Shown one piece after another: positions 17,919 to 26,908 of a DNA stretch of 64,000 nucleotides. Made by a program: the position numbers and the translations under genes. The notes beneath the pieces were generated by a model that was given only the letters and a program-made list of their open reading frames with translations, was not told where the DNA came from and made no database searches. Every line of letters begins with the position of its first letter. Position 1 is the stretch's first letter. Origin of the DNA: a virus; IMG/VR virus record IMGVR_UViG_3300023184_000107, positions 3,651 through 67,650 of that record. The stretch is one strand, 5' to 3'.

Positions 17919-18917
17919 TTATAGTCCTAACAGTTTACGATTTTGAATCCAGCCACAGTAGTTAGCACTCCAGTAGTTACCACTCACATCCTGGTGTGTT
18001 ACGCCAGTTGGTGGCCACTGATCAGCGGCAATGTGTGGCATGGGTGTAGCCTGATGCTCAACTGGACTGGCATGAGCAGGCTCACTAACAATCAGCCTGT
18101 CATAGATGGCGTATGCCTTTTCTAGGCTGTCATCTTGACGACGATAGCTGACCTGAGCACAGCAACTGGCACTGACCTTTAGGGCGTCTGCTAGTGACAG
18201 CTTGGTGCCAGCAGCATCGTAAAATACCTGTTCAAACGCAAATTCACTGTACACATATGGCAAGTGCCAGTCACCCACATCCAGCAGCTGAGGGTCACTC
18301 TGCAACTGTTGTAGGCGCATAAGATCAGCCAGCTGCTTTATCTCTGGTTGAGCATCTGCATGACACCTAAGCCAAAACCAGTTTTTATACTCAGTAGCAG
18401 TTACAATAGTTTTCATAATCTGAAAAGGTTCAGTAACTCGATTAACAATTTGTTTGTGTAAACCCTGATTGGCAAGTACACGTGCCCACTCACAAGCACT
18501 AGCACAGGCACTACGCCAGGCGTGCTGACTGAGTGCCTGTTGAGGCAAGTCAACCTCTACTGCAGCTTGCATGCCTGCCTGATTTTGACCCCAGTGAACA
18601 GGTACGGCAGGGTTTAGTTCTACCTGTTTAATCATGTTTGCAACAGGTATTGCACGGCTGCTAGCAGCATTGCGACTAAACTGCCTGTGTGTCATTAGCT
18701 CTGCATGAATAAACCTAGGATACTCCAACTCAAAAGTTGTGATTCGGTTTTGTGCATGATTGATGCTGTCTTTAATAATTTTAGCTGATATCATGTCGTT
18801 GTTTTTCCACAGTGTAGTAGTAGTGCCATCAGGAAATGTGGTAATGGTTTTGTCATCATGTTGCGTTACGTGCAATACATCTAACCCACTTGCATCAATT
18901 GTGTGTTTAATCATCAT
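17919..18917 (-). CDS. thyX: flavin-dependent thymidylate synthase
   Basis: PRFIHAELMTHRQFSRNAASSRAIP, LRCH.DAQPEI; start 18917 or 18794. Confidence 0.9.
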   Translation of the reverse strand: MMIKHTIDASGLDVLHVTQHDDKTITTFPDGTTTTLWKNNDMISAKIIKDSINHAQNRITTFELEYPRFIHAELMTHRQFSRNAASSRAIPVANMIKQVELNPAVPVHWGQNQAGMQAAVEVDLPQQALSQHAWRSACASACEWARVLANQGLHKQIVNRVTEPFQIMKTIVTATEYKNWFWLRCHADAQPEIKQLADLMRLQQLQSDPQLLDVGDWHLPYVYSEFAFEQVFYDAAGTKLSLADALKVSASCCAQVSYRRQDDSLEKAYAIYDRLIVSEPAHASPVEHQATPMPHIAADQWPPTGVTHQDVSGNYWSANYCGWIQNRKLLGL

Positions 18918-19305
18918 TGTCCGTGTGTAGACTACATCTAGTTTTAATCCAACCGTGACCACCCGTAGTGCCAGGAGCACCACACGTTTCACAGGTTACT
19001 GCACTCATGCCTTCAGCCACACGCACCATGCCATCAACAACGTCATCTCCGCCAGTGTAGTAGAACCTGAGCGTACCAAACTTCTCTTTGACCTGATCCA
19101 GTGTGACTTGTGCTACAACTTCTTCTTTTTTATTCTTCCAATCAATGTGATGTTGGATATTGCCCATAAGCTGATCCAGGATATTGAACCAACCATCCCC
19201 ACAATCAAAGCCCCAGCACATGCAGGTTTCTGTCATGGCCAGGTTTCTATTAACCATCATTTTGGGATATCTAGTGCACAGCAGCTCGTCTAGTAGAGTT
19301 TTCAT
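18907..19305 (-). CDS. conserved phage hypothetical protein
   Basis: GDGW and QVKEKFGTLRFY...CETCG motifs. Confidence 0.7.
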   Translation of the reverse strand: MKTLLDELLCTRYPKMMVNRNLAMTETCMCWGFDCGDGWFNILDQLMGNIQHHIDWKNKKEEVVAQVTLDQVKEKFGTLRFYYTGGDDVVDGMVRVAEGMSAVTCETCGAPGTTGGHGWIKTRCSLHTDNDD

Positions 19306-19583
19306 ATCTTAGGTGTTTTAAATATTGCTGGGTTATCTTCCGCAAATGCAATTAGTGCATGTGTCATAAATTTAACCTGTTCTTCAGTCATTTTTAGGTT
19401 GTAGGCATCACTTAGGATATGCAACACTTCGTGCCATAGCGCAATCTTTTGAGTCTGATCAGTAAAGTGATCACCAATCCAGATCTCTTGATCATTAAAT
19501 CGTGCAAGGCCAATAGTGCCCTGCATTTCTTGTGCTGTTTTATACAGCACAGTGTATGTTAATCCACAAATTTTTAATTGCAT
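19302..19583 (-). CDS. small HEXXH metallopeptidase-like protein
   Basis: LWHEVLH...EEQV. Confidence 0.65.
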   Translation of the reverse strand: MQLKICGLTYTVLYKTAQEMQGTIGLARFNDQEIWIGDHFTDQTQKIALWHEVLHILSDAYNLKMTEEQVKFMTHALIAFAEDNPAIFKTPKI

Positions 19584-19595
19584 AGTGTTGTCTTT

Positions 19596-20420
19596 TTAAA
19601 ATCGCAGTAACTCTTCTAGTGTATAGACGTTGTTCATGTAGGGTGATATGTCATCTAATACACTTATTGCCAAGTCACCCTTTCTTCTGGGGCCATGTTT
19701 TACCTGAAATTCCACATTGTTTACCTGCTTGAATAGCTCAACAATATGTCTAACTGAACGTCCTATACCATGCCCTAAACATTCCGTTTGATTGCTGGGC
19801 TTCTCAATGGCAGTACGTAATGCACTACATATCTCATTTACATGAACATAGTCACGAAAACAGGTTCCGTCAAGGGTTTCATAGTCAGTACCAAAAACAG
19901 TAAACTCACCCGTGTGTTTTGCACGCATTAAGTTATACATCAATCCATCTGGATTGGTTGGCGCAAAACCACTACTACCAATAACATTGTAGAATCTAAA
20001 CGTAGTGTAATCTTGCTGATTACGTGCAGTACAGTATTCATGCACAACATCTTCCGCAGCACGTTTACTGATACCATAAGCGCTTTCACAATCTTGTGCT
20101 GCACCTGTGCTAGCAAAGATAAAGTTCTGGGTTTTTATACCGTTCAGAACATTCATTGTGCCTATTAAGTTGGTATTATAGTATAGTGAGGGATTACGCT
20201 CACTGTCACCTACATTAACTAGTGCTGCTAAGTGTATGACCGCATCAAATTCAACATCAATGGTGAATACTCTACGAATATCAACATTATACCAGTCCCT
20301 AAGCTGATCTGTCTGTGGCACTGCAACATCTAATCCATATACATCATATGAATCCTCTAGCATTTTAGATAGGTGTGAGCCTATATATCCACTATTACCG
20401 GTAATTAGTATTTTTTTCAT
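19596..20420 (-). CDS. galE: NAD-dependent epimerase (UDP-glucose 4-epimerase-like)
   Basis: ITGNSGYIGSH, HLAA, YGISK, DGTCFRDYVHV, RRKGD. Confidence 0.85.
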   Translation of the reverse strand: MKKILITGNSGYIGSHLSKMLEDSYDVYGLDVAVPQTDQLRDWYNVDIRRVFTIDVEFDAVIHLAALVNVGDSERNPSLYYNTNLIGTMNVLNGIKTQNFIFASTGAAQDCESAYGISKRAAEDVVHEYCTARNQQDYTTFRFYNVIGSSGFAPTNPDGLMYNLMRAKHTGEFTVFGTDYETLDGTCFRDYVHVNEICSALRTAIEKPSNQTECLGHGIGRSVRHIVELFKQVNNVEFQVKHGPRRKGDLAISVLDDISPYMNNVYTLEELLRF

Positions 20421-20644
20421 TGCGGTGAGTTTGCGTGCAATTGGTTTAGCTGTTGCACAATGTATTGAGTTGATTCTGTTACCTCCCAGGTACCATGTGG
20501 AGGGCAAAAGATAAAACTAACATCTTGCCACACACCTGGGTCTCGCTCAATTGCAGCAGTATGTACGGTAGCAATTAGGCTTGTATTAATTGCAATTTTA
20601 GCACCTGTATGAAGTACAGAAGCATTAGTTAGTGTAATAAACAT
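20417..20644 (-). CDS. hypothetical protein
   Basis: MFITLT...VTES pattern; coupled to neighbours. Confidence 0.6.
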   Translation of the reverse strand: MFITLTNASVLHTGAKIAINTSLIATVHTAAIERDPGVWQDVSFIFCPPHGTWEVTESTQYIVQQLNQLHANSPQ

Positions 20645-20808
20645 TGTTGTAATCTCTCAATTTCGTTGGCAGCTTCTTCTAGGATATCTGCTATTCTGTC
20701 TGGACGGCCCTCTTGCACACTCTTACGAGTAGCAATCTGTCGGCGAATTTCTGCTCGCATACGTAATCGGTATACCAGGCTTTGTTCTGCTGTAAATGGT
20801 GTAGTCAT
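20629..20808 (-). CDS. 59-aa hypothetical protein
   Basis: Hand-translated ...LVYRLRMRAEIRRQIATRKSVQEGRPDRIADILEEAANEIERL. Confidence 0.6.
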   Translation of the reverse strand: MTTPFTAEQSLVYRLRMRAEIRRQIATRKSVQEGRPDRIADILEEAANEIERLQQCLLH

Positions 20809-20896
20809 GGTGTTGTTGTTCTAGTATCTGTGTTACTGCGGTATGCCATGTAAAATATGCCTGTTACAAATCCCAATAACAATCCCCAAAAGAAAC

Positions 20897-21124
20897 TCAT
20901 GGTTCAACTCCAAAATGTTTTCTAATCTCTAGAATAGGATGTAAGTATTCTTCGCCCGGTCTGCTCATTCTAACAGTGTAAGGAGCAATAATATCAATAC
21001 ATTCCTGCACAATCAACTCGGCGAACTTTTCAACACTCTCAAGTATTTTTAACCCACCACGACCGTCATCAGATCCATTCCATTGTTGAGATTCTTCCCA
21101 CAGTTGTTTAGTTCGTTCGTTCAT
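20897..21124 (-). CDS. small phage protein (paralog of 21121-21339)
   Basis: MNER...KFAELIVQEC...HFGVE. Confidence 0.7.
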   Translation of the reverse strand: MNERTKQLWEESQQWNGSDDGRGGLKILESVEKFAELIVQECIDIIAPYTVRMSRPGEEYLHPILEIRKHFGVEP

Positions 21125-21339
21125 TCTTCAACTCCAAAGTGTTCTTTAATCGCTCTGGAACAATCGTGTGTTCCTCTTGACCATTCTGAACTAATCTTAT
21201 GATCTAATAGTAAATCACAATGATTGGCACATTCCTGCACAATCAACTGGGCGAACAGTTCCTTATCGAAGAACGATGAATCATTCTGTCGATCATAGAT
21301 ATAAGACTTCTCGACAAGTTCACGAATTCGTTTGTTCAT
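21121..21339 (-). CDS. small phage protein (paralog of 20897-21124)
   Basis: MNKR...LFAQLIVQEC...HFGVE. Confidence 0.7.
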   Translation of the reverse strand: MNKRIRELVEKSYIYDRQNDSSFFDKELFAQLIVQECANHCDLLLDHKISSEWSRGTHDCSRAIKEHFGVEE

Positions 21340-21659
21340 GCTACTATCCAGTCTATGGTTTCTCGAATTTCAACAGTTTCATAACCATCGTATTCCTGGA
21401 TACGGAAATGAGTACCTGCAGGAATCCACACAACCTTTAGGTCTTCGGCACCGCCGTAGAAGTGGTTGTTGCCATACACTGTTTCACAGTACAGCTCTAT
21501 GGTTTTTGCAGAGGTATTTGACTGTACCATATCCACCACCTGTGGGTCGTACAGCAGCTGTTCTACATAGTGCCAGGAATACCAGCCGGCCCCATGGTAA
21601 GGCGAGAACAGAACAGCTACCATTCCATCTCTAAGTTTCTTGTGCATTGCTAGCTCCAT
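21336..21659 (-). CDS. conserved phage hypothetical protein
   Basis: VAVLFSP.HGAGWYSW, FRIQEYDG.E. Confidence 0.7.
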   Translation of the reverse strand: MELAMHKKLRDGMVAVLFSPYHGAGWYSWHYVEQLLYDPQVVDMVQSNTSAKTIELYCETVYGNNHFYGGAEDLKVVWIPAGTHFRIQEYDGYETVEIRETIDWIVA

Positions 21660-21778
21660 ATACTAATAAAAAAGTGTGTAAATATACCATACAAGAGAAG
21701 TGGCAGTATAAGTAACCAGACTGCAGCTAGAGCCACAAAAACTGGCAGCATTAACACAAACTTAATAAATTTAAACAT
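21650..21778 (-). CDS. 42-aa hydrophobic peptide, leaderless
   Basis: TATAAT-6nt-ATG; MFKFIKFVLMLPVFVALAAVWLLILP... Confidence 0.5.
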   Translation of the reverse strand: MFKFIKFVLMLPVFVALAAVWLLILPLLLYGIFTHFFISIWS

Positions 21779-21838
21779 AGCGCTATTATAACAAAAAATA
21801 GGGTCAACAGCAAGATAGAATTTATCGTGCTGCTGACC

Positions 21839-22267
21839 CTAAACTGCATAAAACACATGATTTTTAATAGTCATGGTCCACCTTAAATGCCATTTTGGAT
21901 GTACTGATGTATTATGGTAGTGTGTGGCATCAATTCGTGGCAGGTTATATGCCCTAACTGACGCATCTAGGCTATTTTGCCAGTCTGACCACACAATCTT
22001 AGTGTTATGTTTAGTGCTGGTCCAACTAAACTGATAGGGTTGATATACTACCCTGCAAATAGTCTTTGGGTAGTTAGCATGATCTACACGATTAAGTACT
22101 ACCTGGGCCACAGCAATCTGACCCTCTACTGGCTCACCTCGGGCCTCATAGTACGTGTTCTTGACCAGGCAGTTCAGCTGGGTCAGGCTCGGCAACAGGT
22201 ATGCTGCTGGCTGCTGCACTAGGCTGGGTATCAACAGCACTGGCACTAGCAATAGTTTTAGTTGCAT
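21839..22267 (-). CDS. SleB-like cell wall hydrolase (Hydrolase_2)
   Basis: YYEARGE..GQIAVA.VVLNR, QFSW, HYH, HVFY; N-terminal signal peptide. Confidence 0.9.
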   Translation of the reverse strand: MQLKLLLVPVLLIPSLVQQPAAYLLPSLTQLNCLVKNTYYEARGEPVEGQIAVAQVVLNRVDHANYPKTICRVVYQPYQFSWTSTKHNTKIVWSDWQNSLDASVRAYNLPRIDATHYHNTSVHPKWHLRWTMTIKNHVFYAV

Positions 22268-22529
22268 TTTCTAGCTCCTGTTTAAGACTAGTTATACTGG
22301 ACTCATAGTTAGTTTTTTCAATACATAAACGCTCTAGGTCTTCCAGCAATTGTGTAATCTGTTGCTGCTGATTAACCATGATTTGTTGATTAGCAACATT
22401 TTGATTATTGAGTTCACTTAGAGTTTTAGCTGCTCGAATCTGCGTAGCTGTGGCTGGATGCTGAATTTGCACACCACCATCCTTAAACTCTGTCTGACCT
22501 GCCAGCAACACATTAATTAAATTTTGCAC
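22146..22529 (-). CDS. coiled-coil hypothetical protein
   Basis: AGGAG SD; first gene after leftward promoter. Confidence 0.6.
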   Translation of the reverse strand: MQNLINVLLAGQTEFKDGGVQIQHPATATQIRAAKTLSELNNQNVANQQIMVNQQQQITQLLEDLERLCIEKTNYESSITSLKQELENATKTIASASAVDTQPSAAASSIPVAEPDPAELPGQEHVL

Positions 22530-22552
22530 AGTTTCTCCTGAAATAGTTAGTT

Positions 22553-22656
22553 ATTATATCATAAACACCACTACAATACAAGACTAAAATTTTTAATGCC
22601 TGTGCGCCAGCAACAAAAATACTGGCATTGACACAGCCTGGTCAGCATGGTATAAT
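22553..22656. promoter_or_regulatory. divergent early promoters at the strand switch
   Basis: Minus TTGTAT-17-TATAAT; plus TTGACA-17-TATAAT (22628-22656). Confidence 0.75.
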
Positions 22657-22676
22657 AGCTGTAAACGGAGGCATCT

Positions 22677-22898
22677 ATGAGTCTTTTACAGCACAGTTAC
22701 GTTACAGAATTAGAGTTACTAATCTTAGATGTACTATTGCCAGTCTATGAAAAATACAATAAGTCAAAAGGCATATTAAATGGATTAAATGCTATAAATC
22801 CCAGACTACTGCGTCAGATCACCAAGACTCAAAAACTTCCAGCACTGTTACGTGCTAAAGAAAAACAAACTTGTGCCACGGTCACAAAACTGCTATAA
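22677..22898 (+). CDS. hypothetical protein
   Basis: GGAGG SD after promoter. Confidence 0.6.
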   Translation: MSLLQHSYVTELELLILDVLLPVYEKYNKSKGILNGLNAINPRLLRQITKTQKLPALLRAKEKQTCATVTKLL

Positions 22899-22924
22899 TA
22901 TTTACTTAACAATGCACTATCGCC

Positions 22925-23365
22925 ATGAATACAGCAACTAACCCAGAATTTTGGCTTGGAAAAGCCTCAAGCACTATACACTGTAATAAACAATTACAGG
23001 AACTGTTTGCAGAAACTGATTCTGCCAAAGTGCCTAAGCCCAAACAAGCTGTACGATTTGACTCTGGCAAAACCAACTGGAGTTTAATGCCATTTGAGGC
23101 ACTAGAAGAGATCAATCGGGTTTTAGAGTTTGGTGCCAACAAGTACGCTGCCTGGAATTTTACAGAACATGGTGGCATGAACCACTCGCGTGTTCTTAAC
23201 AGCTGCGTCAGACACATTTTTAGCTATATGCGGGGTCAAGACCTGGACCCAGAATCTGGCCTTAGCCACTTGGCACACGCAGGATGTAATATCCTGTTCC
23301 TACTATACTACAAGAAATACCCCAAAGTGTTTACAAAAGATGACAGACACGTACGCGAAACTTAA
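22925..23365 (+). CDS. dATP/dGTP diphosphohydrolase-domain protein (DUF5664-like)
   Basis: FDSGK, FGANKY..WNF, RH, DPESGLSHLAHAGCNILFL. Confidence 0.8.
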   Translation: MNTATNPEFWLGKASSTIHCNKQLQELFAETDSAKVPKPKQAVRFDSGKTNWSLMPFEALEEINRVLEFGANKYAAWNFTEHGGMNHSRVLNSCVRHIFSYMRGQDLDPESGLSHLAHAGCNILFLLYYKKYPKVFTKDDRHVRET

Positions 23366-23555
23366 CCATAGTTTACATCGTACTAGAGACAGTTTAGTTG
23401 ATGCCTGCTATGTATTAGGCTTAAACCCAGAATTGTTTGACCTCAGCAGCCTTAGTGTTACACAATGTGCAGACTGCAGTGTGTGGGAAACCCATAACAA
23501 TATTGTTGGTGATGTATGTGTATTTTGCCACAATATGCCAGACCTAAGATTTTAG
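23340..23555 (+). CDS. small Zn-ribbon protein
   Basis: CADC...CVFC. Confidence 0.55.
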   Translation: MTDTYAKLNHSLHRTRDSLVDACYVLGLNPELFDLSSLSVTQCADCSVWETHNNIVGDVCVFCHNMPDLRF

Positions 23556-23556
23556 T

Positions 23557-23748
23557 ATGACCAAGATTACTGATCAAAACAATGTGTTGTACCGGCAAAT
23601 GCTGGTCAACAACCTAGACCGCAGACATGACGCACTTAGACTAGAAGAAATACAGATTCGTGAATCACTTAAACGCAATGAAGTTGCCAGGCTAGAACTA
23701 AATCGTTACATGAATCGCGCAGGACAACAACTAGATAAATTAGCATGA
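23557..23748 (+). CDS. hypothetical protein
   Basis: Tightly packed operon ORF. Confidence 0.55.
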   Translation: MTKITDQNNVLYRQMLVNNLDRRHDALRLEEIQIRESLKRNEVARLELNRYMNRAGQQLDKLA

Positions 23749-24185
23749 ATAACTCAACTTTTCAAACAGGAACAAAAAATGACGCAATCTTTAGTGCAAA
23801 TGCTCCCTATAGTAATCCCTACCAGGGTACTAATAGTCGTTGGTTGTTTGTGTGTAGTGCTGGCCTCCTGCGCAGCCCAACCGGTGCCAGTTTAGCTGCT
23901 CAATACAAAATTAATGCCCGTAGTTGTGGCAGCAATTTTGACTATGCACTAATTCCTTGCAGTGCTAACCTAATTAATTGGGCTGACAAAATAATATTTG
24001 TTAACGCACAAAACTTGTGGCAGCTACAAGATAACTTTGTGGGGCACTCGGACTTGCTAACTCAAATCACAGAAAAGCAAATAGTCATGAACATTCCAGA
24101 CAATTTTGACTATATGGATGGTCAGTTAGTAAGATATTTTAAAACTCATTTGTTTGAACCCTACGGCCCTGTTACCACAAACTAG
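23745..24185 (+). CDS. LMW phosphotyrosine-phosphatase-like protein
   Basis: LFVCSAGLLRS CX5R loop, WAD, IPD.FDYMD. Confidence 0.8.
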   Translation: MNNSTFQTGTKNDAIFSANAPYSNPYQGTNSRWLFVCSAGLLRSPTGASLAAQYKINARSCGSNFDYALIPCSANLINWADKIIFVNAQNLWQLQDNFVGHSDLLTQITEKQIVMNIPDNFDYMDGQLVRYFKTHLFEPYGPVTTN

Positions 24186-24193
24186 AACACCGT

Positions 24194-24268
24194 CGGCGAT
24201 TAGTACAATGGACAGTGCAAGGGTCTTCTAAGCCCTTAATGCTGGTTCGATTCCAGCATCGCCGACCA
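24194..24268 (+). tRNA. tRNA-Arg(UCU)
   Basis: Cloverleaf, anticodon TCT, CCA. Confidence 0.9.
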
Positions 24269-24326
24269 AAATATTGACTTGATTGTGTGTGTCAAACGAG
24301 TTATAATTATCTTTTAAAGGAAGAAT

Positions 24327-24524
24327 ATGGCTGGATATACCAAGGAATTCTTAGTTGATGCCTATGTTAGCAGATACGAAAATGTAACAGTCAATGTGTC
24401 ACAACTGCGTGAGCAGGCTGTCAAGCACTATGACTTAGTAGGTCGTGATCAGTTTCGTGTAAGTGCATCACTAGATGCTGCAGAGATCAAGAAATTTAAA
24501 CTTGCTACTGGACGTAAATCGTAG
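24327..24524 (+). CDS. hypothetical protein
   Basis: AAGGA SD and own promoter. Confidence 0.65.
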   Translation: MAGYTKEFLVDAYVSRYENVTVNVSQLREQAVKHYDLVGRDQFRVSASLDAAEIKKFKLATGRKS

Positions 24525-24552
24525 TATAATTAGTGTTGTTTAGCAGTAGACA

Positions 24553-24738
24553 ACATTTTAAAAAGTTGCCAAGGCCATTTGCCGTGGCTAGAATTGTAAA
24601 TAGGTCAGCAAAGACCACCTGGTCACGTGGTAATTCAGAATAGGTAAAGCGGCAGACTTTACAGAAATGCCCAACCCATTAATTCCAGGGGTAACTAGTT
24701 GACTTAGGTATAGTTCGTTTGACAACTTTTTAAAATAT
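24553..24738 (+). ncRNA. candidate structured ncRNA
   Basis: Own promoter (TTGCTA-17-TATAAT, 24502-24530); ~18-bp closing stem; no ORF. Confidence 0.5.
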
Positions 24739-24775
24739 TGACTTGAATTGTGTACTAAAACAATTTATAATAATT

Positions 24776-25015
24776 ACTTAGACAGACAGAATAAGACACA
24801 CCGGCTCTGACCGCAAATATAAAGCTAATACAGAAGCATCAGGTTCGTGTAAGATTCTCGCAGTGCGTTGTTAGTGTAAAACGAGAGGACTAACATAAAA
24901 TGAGGATTGCGACCCTCATTACGCTCAGTCTAAGTATATTCGGGTGGAAAGTGGTTTGGCTGCACAAATACTTCCTTAATTGTTACAAACGAAATCGCCT
25001 AGTAACAGCCCCGAG
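24776..25015 (+). ncRNA. candidate structured ncRNA(s)
   Basis: Non-coding with multiple stems, downstream of a promoter and upstream of tRNA-Glu. Confidence 0.45.
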
Positions 25016-25054
25016 CAGGACTACAGGTCAAGAAAATTTAAGTAAAAGTAATAA

Positions 25055-25130
25055 GGATCTATCGTCTAACGGTTAGGACGGCACTCTTTCACAGTGCAAA
25101 CGAGGGGTTCGATTCCCCCTAGATCTACCA
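25055..25130 (+). tRNA. tRNA-Glu(UUC)
   Basis: Cloverleaf, TTC, CCA. Confidence 0.9.
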
Positions 25131-25202
25131 ACAAAGACCCTAAGCTGTAGTGGCTGTTACAGGCCACAGTAAATGCAGGTTACCTGCTGCGGCAGCTTTA
25201 AA

Positions 25203-25273
25203 CCATTCTGATGATGGCTCTGGTCAAGCCGAAACCCCAACTAATGCGTTTACGCTAAGTTGCGGGTAAATGG
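25203..25273 (+). ncRNA. type I hammerhead ribozyme
   Basis: Stem I CCAUU/AAUGG, CUGAUGA core, stem II GGCU/AGCC, GAAA, stem III ACCC/GGGU, GUA cleavage triplet. Confidence 0.8.
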
Positions 25274-25357
25274 ATGTATATACCGTTAAGGAGGCGGTTC
25301 CGGCTGTAACCCGGACGTGGCGACACTCTGTTGGATCGTTCCCAACTGCATCCACCA
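25272..25357 (+). tRNA. tRNA-Tyr(GUA)
   Basis: Long variable arm, GTA, A73, CCA; atypical T-loop ATCGTTC. Confidence 0.85.
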
Positions 25358-25504
25358 TTAATTAAGTATCATCAAGGTAACGTGCTAAGACGTTAGCACT
25401 ATACGGGTCAAAGCTGCCGGCGACTGATCCTGACATAACTGCATCGGCATTGAGCCAGTTTAGCGACTATCTCAGAATTTGCACGATGATACTTAATTAA
25501 TGGT
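25355..25504 (+). ncRNA. candidate ncRNA enclosed in a 20-bp inverted repeat
   Basis: CCATTAATTAAGTATCATC...GATGATACTTAATTAATGG with internal stems. Confidence 0.5.
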
Positions 25505-25524
25505 TACAATAAATACCCTACTAT

Positions 25525-26529
25525 ATGCACAGTTTTAACTCAAACATACATCGTGCAGGTTTTGCCTGTAAAATTCAAGAATCACACGATGTGGCTATTG
25601 CTAAATTTGCAGTTAAAACCACAACCATTACCTGGCTTAATGCCCAAACACCAGATCGTGTAGTTGCACGACTGTGGGAACTAATGACCAACAATGTTCA
25701 GGCACTGCGTGCTCAGATTGAGTATGTGGGCAGCCTGCCAGTCAATCAACGTATGTTTAGACTGAGTGGTGACCTATTGCCAGCTTACAGTCATGACCGC
25801 TATATGTGGTTTTACTTTGAGCCAGATGTATTACGCTATCTAGAAAGCAACCTATCTGAGATTGGAAACCTAGCCCGCAGTCTTGACGTGCGGCTTAGCT
25901 TTCATCCAGGTCAGTTTTGCGTAATGGCATCAGATAGTGCTGAAGTAGTAGAGCGCTCAATCACGGAATTTGAGTATCACTGTGACATTATTCGCTATAT
26001 GGGATATGGTCGCAGCTTTCAAGACTTTAAATGCAATGTGCATATTGGTGGCAAGGCTGGGCCTGATGGTATTCGCCGCGCACTTAAACGACTTAGTCGT
26101 GAAGCACACAATTGTTTAACCATTGAAAATGCAGAATACAGTTGGGGTATAGAGCACAGTATTGAACTCATGTTTGACTGTGCCCTAGTACTAGACATAC
26201 ATCATCACTGGATTGCCAGTGGCGAGTATATCTGTGCCACAGACGATCGTGTGCGTGCTGTAACTGAAAGCTGGCGAGGTGTGCGTCCTGTTATACACTA
26301 CAGTGTTAGCAGAGAAAATGTGTTAGTAGACCATGATGCAGATACACTGCCTGATCTAGCTGCACTTAAAAGTGCTGGATTTACCAGCACTAAACTTCGT
26401 GCACACAGCGACTATTACTGGAACTCAGCAGTTAACGAGTGGGCGGCCAGCTTTAGTGCTGATGCCGACATAATGTGCGAAGCCAAACAAAAAAATCTTG
26501 CTGTACAGCAATTTATTAAATTTATCTAA
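25525..26529 (+). CDS. uvsE: UV damage endonuclease
   Basis: GFAC, MFRLS, RLSFHPGQF, NVHIGG, TIEN, VLDIHHH, HYS, RAHSDY, MCEAKQK. Confidence 0.9.
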   Translation: MHSFNSNIHRAGFACKIQESHDVAIAKFAVKTTTITWLNAQTPDRVVARLWELMTNNVQALRAQIEYVGSLPVNQRMFRLSGDLLPAYSHDRYMWFYFEPDVLRYLESNLSEIGNLARSLDVRLSFHPGQFCVMASDSAEVVERSITEFEYHCDIIRYMGYGRSFQDFKCNVHIGGKAGPDGIRRALKRLSREAHNCLTIENAEYSWGIEHSIELMFDCALVLDIHHHWIASGEYICATDDRVRAVTESWRGVRPVIHYSVSRENVLVDHDADTLPDLAALKSAGFTSTKLRAHSDYYWNSAVNEWAASFSADADIMCEAKQKNLAVQQFIKFI

Positions 26530-26535
26530 CATAAT

Positions 26536-26612
26536 GCCCTGGTGACGGAATAGGTATACGTACTGGTCTTAGAAACCAGGTTCTGGGAGTTCAAGTCTCC
26601 CCTAGGGCACCA
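26536..26612 (+). tRNA. tRNA-Leu(UAG), short variable loop
   Basis: Cloverleaf, TAG, CCA. Confidence 0.85.
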
Positions 26613-26626
26613 ACCTCTAAAACAAC

Positions 26627-26851
26627 ATGCAATACAGAAACATAATTACCCAGATTACTGTAGCAGATACTAACACTAATCCGCTGTACGGGGATTGCGT
26701 ACGAGTCAGTCTACAAGATGACGGAGATGGGCCATTTGTGGTACTTAAACAAAGTGGCCTAGATCACGAACATGAAGTTCGCATCATGTTTGATGAATGG
26801 CCTAATATCTGTAAGGCTATCTGTGTACTAAAACATCAACAACTAGGTTAA
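26627..26851 (+). CDS. hypothetical protein
   Basis: ORF between tRNAs. Confidence 0.6.
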   Translation: MQYRNIITQITVADTNTNPLYGDCVRVSLQDDGDGPFVVLKQSGLDHEHEVRIMFDEWPNICKAICVLKHQQLG

Positions 26852-26908
26852 ACGACCCGGCTATAACTAGGAGACACTATGCGATTGTAATACTACAAGG
26901 AGCATAAA

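Noticed and set aside
20897-21339. Tandem paralog pair as a novel system
   Set aside because: Common multicopy small phage family; no further structure seen.
22925-23365. Diaminopurine (Z) genome pathway
   Set aside because: Only the DUF5664-like gene is present; no purZ or datZ recognised in the window, and this domain is widespread.
25136-25200. Pistol ribozyme
   Set aside because: Superficial GUGG/CCAC-UAAAU and CCCUAAGC likeness, but the loop lacks the complementary UUAGGG needed for the pseudoknot.
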